Of a stretch of 64,000 nt of DNA, positions 61,548 through 64,000 are shown piece by piece. Below the pieces are notes generated by a model. That model was given only the letters and a program-made list of their open reading frames with translations, searched no databases and had not been told where the DNA came from. Made by a program: the position numbers and the translations under genes. The stretch spans positions 6,010 to 70,009 of the forward strand of contig CAZGOI010000001.1 in the NCBI GenBank assembly GCA_964527185.1, given 5' to 3'. The stretch comes from an uncultured Candidatus Saccharibacteria bacterium. GTDB lineage: Bacteria; Patescibacteriota; Minisyncoccia; Phycocordibacterales; UBA9973. The stretch's first letter is position 1. Each line of letters begins with the position of its first letter.

Positions 61548-61983
61548 AGGTGGTTGCGATATTGTCAGCCCGTTCGTTTAAAATGACTCCGGCGTGGCCT
61601 TTGACTTTCTGCCAAGAAATATTTCGACCAAGCTCTCTGGTAAGAGCAATTAGCTCCCGCCAGAGGTCTTGGTTTAAGACTTGTTTTTTGTTGGCAGTAC
61701 GCCAGCCATTCCTTTCCCAATTCTCTACCCACTCGGTCACTCCACCTAAAACATAGTTTGAGTCGGCATAAATTATGACTTTTTCTTTTTTATAATTTTT
61801 TATGAAATATTTAGTGGCTTCAATCGAAGCGACAAGTTCCATCCGGTTGTTGGTTGTATGTGATTCTCTTCCACCAAATTCTTTTACAACATTGCCACTC
61901 TCTGCCACCACCACTCCCCAGCCTCCAGGGCCCGGGTTGCCGAGTGATGAACCATCGGTATATATTTCTATCTCGTTTTTCAT
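61528..61983 (-). CDS. rnhA: Ribonuclease HI
   Basis: IYTDGSSLGNPGPGGWGVV…; the catalytic DEDD context. Confidence 0.9.
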   Translation of the reverse strand: MKNEIEIYTDGSSLGNPGPGGWGVVVAESGNVVKEFGGRESHTTNNRMELVASIEATKYFIKNYKKEKVIIYADSNYVLGGVTEWVENWERNGWRTANKKQVLNQDLWRELIALTRELGRNISWQKVKGHAGVILNERADNIATTYASKEK

Positions 61984-61985
61984 AA

Positions 61986-63635
61986 CTACATTATATCAAC
62001 AATTCGCAAGCGGAGTTCATTTTTACCCATAAAAGTATTTTTCTCAAATGTAGCGGTTAGGTCGATGCGCTCCCCTGCCGTTAGGCTGCGACCAAAACTG
62101 TCCCGAGTTTTAAAAAAAGAAATTGCTTTGATCTCCCTATCGCCCCCTTTAAAAAATGTAAGTTCGAGGTGGTTTTTGTCTTTGCCAAATTCTTTAATAG
62201 ATTTTATCGGGATATCTTTAAATAAAAATGTCGGCTTGGGGTTGCCCTCGCCATACGGGGCAAGCATTTCGATAACCTTGTAATTTTCAAAAGTAACATC
62301 TTCAACCGAAATTACTGCTTCGATATTGAAATCCTCTTCAATTTTTTCATCAGTGATTCCGTCAAAAACCTTAATCAATCTTTCTTCAAGAAAATGTATC
62401 TCTTGGTGCGAAACAGAAAACCCGCCAGCCGAAACGTGCCCGCCGTATGAAAGCAAACTTTCTTTTGGCAAGAGGCTCATGACTTCTACCAGATTTGCGC
62501 TGCCCCAACCTCGACAAGAACCGCGAATAGTTTCGCTGCCTTCTGACCCCCAAATAAATGCGGGCTTCTTATACTCTTCGGCAACTTTCGAAGCAACCAA
62601 CCCGAGCACCCCGACTCGCCAGGCCGGGTTGCCGATAATGATGACTGGTTTATCTTGGCGTTTATCTAAAACTTTTTTCACATCTTTCATGATATGGGCT
62701 ACGGTTGTTTTTCTGTCGTTATTTATTTTCGCTAGATGGTCTGACAGACTTCGAGCCAAGACAGAATCGCTCGTCGCTAGTATTTCAAAAGAAATTCGCG
62801 GGTCGTCCATCCGCGAAGCCGCATTTAATCGCGGTGCCAGAGTGAAAGTTATATCTTCTTCAGAAATATTTAGAGGGTTGACATCGGCTTTGCGAAATAT
62901 TTCAACCAGCCCTGGCCTTTTTGTTTTGCGTAAAACTTTCAAGCCGTAGTAGGCAAGTACCCTATTTTCATCGACCAGCTTGACTTGGTCGGAAAGCGTC
63001 GCGACGGCTACCATATCGAGCAGCCATTTCTCCCAACCATCTGTAATTTTAAAATACTCGCTATATTTTTTTATAAGCGCAGAAACCAACTTAAAAGCAA
63101 GCCCAGCCCCGCATAGATTTTTTTCTGGATAGTCGCAACCTTCTTGTTTTGGGTTTATAATTGCAAATGCTCTTGGTGCTTCTTCTTGAGGTAAGTGATG
63201 GTCTGTAATAATTACATCGATGCCTGCACTTTGCGATTTGGCAACTTCACTTACAGCGGTGATACCAAGATCGAAAGTAATGAGGAGCTTGACGCCATCC
63301 CCAATAAATTCATCGATTGCATCAGCGTGCAGGCCATAGCCCTCGTCGTGTCTGTGTGGAATGTAAATAGAAAAATTCTCATAACCGATTTTTTTAAAAA
63401 AGTCGTGCATTATAACCGCTGCTGGAATGCCATCACAATCGTAATCGCTATAAATCACTATTTTCTCCCCTCCCTCAATCGCCTCAAAAATCCGGACGAC
63501 AGATTTTTCCATATCTTTTAAAAGAAATGGGTCATAGAGATCTTCGTATCTTGGGTTTAAGAATTTTTCTTTGAGTGGATCTGTAATATTTCTATTTTTG
63601 AGAAGAATTTCTAGGAGTTTCGTCTGGTTTGGCAT
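61986..63635 (-). CDS. recJ: Single-stranded-DNA-specific exonuclease RecJ
   Basis: DHH motifs (IYSDYDCDGI, ITDHH), a DHHA1 domain and a C-terminal OB fold. Confidence 0.9.
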   Translation of the reverse strand: MPNQTKLLEILLKNRNITDPLKEKFLNPRYEDLYDPFLLKDMEKSVVRIFEAIEGGEKIVIYSDYDCDGIPAAVIMHDFFKKIGYENFSIYIPHRHDEGYGLHADAIDEFIGDGVKLLITFDLGITAVSEVAKSQSAGIDVIITDHHLPQEEAPRAFAIINPKQEGCDYPEKNLCGAGLAFKLVSALIKKYSEYFKITDGWEKWLLDMVAVATLSDQVKLVDENRVLAYYGLKVLRKTKRPGLVEIFRKADVNPLNISEEDITFTLAPRLNAASRMDDPRISFEILATSDSVLARSLSDHLAKINNDRKTTVAHIMKDVKKVLDKRQDKPVIIIGNPAWRVGVLGLVASKVAEEYKKPAFIWGSEGSETIRGSCRGWGSANLVEVMSLLPKESLLSYGGHVSAGGFSVSHQEIHFLEERLIKVFDGITDEKIEEDFNIEAVISVEDVTFENYKVIEMLAPYGEGNPKPTFLFKDIPIKSIKEFGKDKNHLELTFFKGGDREIKAISFFKTRDSFGRSLTAGERIDLTATFEKNTFMGKNELRLRIVDIM

Positions 63636-63658
63636 ATGCGAGATTGTATCATAATATT

Positions 63659-64000
63659 TTATTTCAGCGCTTTGATGCCAGGCAAGGTGCCTTTGACCAA
63701 AAAATCAAGGGTCGCTCCCCCGCCGGTCGAGACAAAACCCAATTTTTTTTCTAGTTTTAGTCTTGAAATAAGTTCGTCGGTATCACCACCACCGATGATA
63801 CTTTTGGCATCAGAGTTTGCGATGATTCTAAGCAAGGCATCACTGGCTGCGGCAAAACCATATTCATATTTCCCAAGTGGCCCGTTCCAAAGAATGAATT
63901 TTGATTTTGAGACCAGATTTTTCAATAGTTCTATCGTATCTTTTCCGGCGTCGACCATATACTCGTTGCTTTTAATTTCATTTGGTTTTGTAAATCTTTT
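63659..64000 (-). CDS. pgk: Phosphoglycerate kinase, C-terminal part (gene continues beyond the window end)
   Basis: …GGGDT…GFVSTGGGATLDFL… at the PGK C-terminus; the reading frame is open to position 64000. Confidence 0.85.
   Translation of the reverse strand, partial: KRFTKPNEIKSNEYMVDAGKDTIELLKNLVSKSKFILWNGPLGKYEYGFAAASDALLRIIANSDAKSIIGGGDTDELISRLKLEKKLGFVSTGGGATLDFLVKGTLPGIKALK

Overview
This 64-kb window looks like a small, compact bacterial genome, and its gene content suggests a Candidate Phyla Radiation (CPR)/Patescibacteria-type organism; that assignment is an inference, not a measurement. It uses the standard genetic code. About 85% of the genes are on the minus strand, GC content is moderate, and there are several sharply AT-rich islands.

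Gene content, in order along the window:
- 1..1239: the 3' part of an ABC exporter gene.
- 1248..3709 (minus): a complete diversity-generating retroelement (DGR), described below.
- 3811..18484 (minus): murI, an M24 peptidase, a DUF1761-like membrane protein, msrB, a secreted protein with a peptidoglycan-binding domain, a SAM methyltransferase, type II NADH dehydrogenase (ndh), a trypsin-like protease, tRNA-Ser(GGA), secF, secD, uppP, a PAP2 phosphatase, folD and a SEDS (FtsW/RodA) protein.
- 18541..22213 (minus): a 5S-23S rRNA unit with no 16S gene within the intergenic space up to the 22619 CDS. The 23S carries a 446-bp ORF-less insertion in domain V, probably a group I intron.
- 24106..25020 (minus): rplJ-rplL, with a leader, promoter and terminators.
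- about 25.4-31.2 kb: an AT-rich accessory block with tandem small membrane-protein paralogs, a 971-aa secreted lipase-like alpha/beta hydrolase, a second paralog pair and a class A beta-lactamase-like serine hydrolase.
- 31282..34407 (minus): a 1041-aa Thr/Ser/Gly/Ala-rich surface protein with a peptidoglycan-binding domain.
- 35036..44219: a wHTH-containing hypothetical protein, ftsK, a small hypothetical, recA, a small membrane protein, efp, a CofE-like protein, a YhhQ-type transporter, rplK, nusG, secE (no rplA) and a SIMPL-domain protein.
- 44568..52100 (minus): a MacAB-like efflux operon, an FKBP isomerase and fusA.
- 52234..56055 (minus): three AT-rich hypothetical genes sitting between fusA and rpsG, then rpsG and rpsL.
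- 56109..57036: an M50 protease and rpmB.
- 57059..58390: a two-gene hypothetical block bracketed by two identical terminator hairpins, then a candidate ~195-nt ncRNA locus.
- 58388..64000: a split ComEC (MBL domain and channel domain as separate genes, with an Fe/Mn SOD gene on the opposite strand between them), rnhA, recJ and the 3' end of pgk.

The key finding is the DGR. It has a Bordetella-phage bRT-type reverse transcriptase with the GNVTSQ motif. It has a 110-bp template repeat/variable repeat pair with 16 mismatches, every one at a template-repeat adenine on the coding strand. The variable repeat sits at the C-terminus of a lectin-fold-like target protein ending GLRQVRF. A truncated Avd-like four-helix-bundle ORF lies on the opposite strand.
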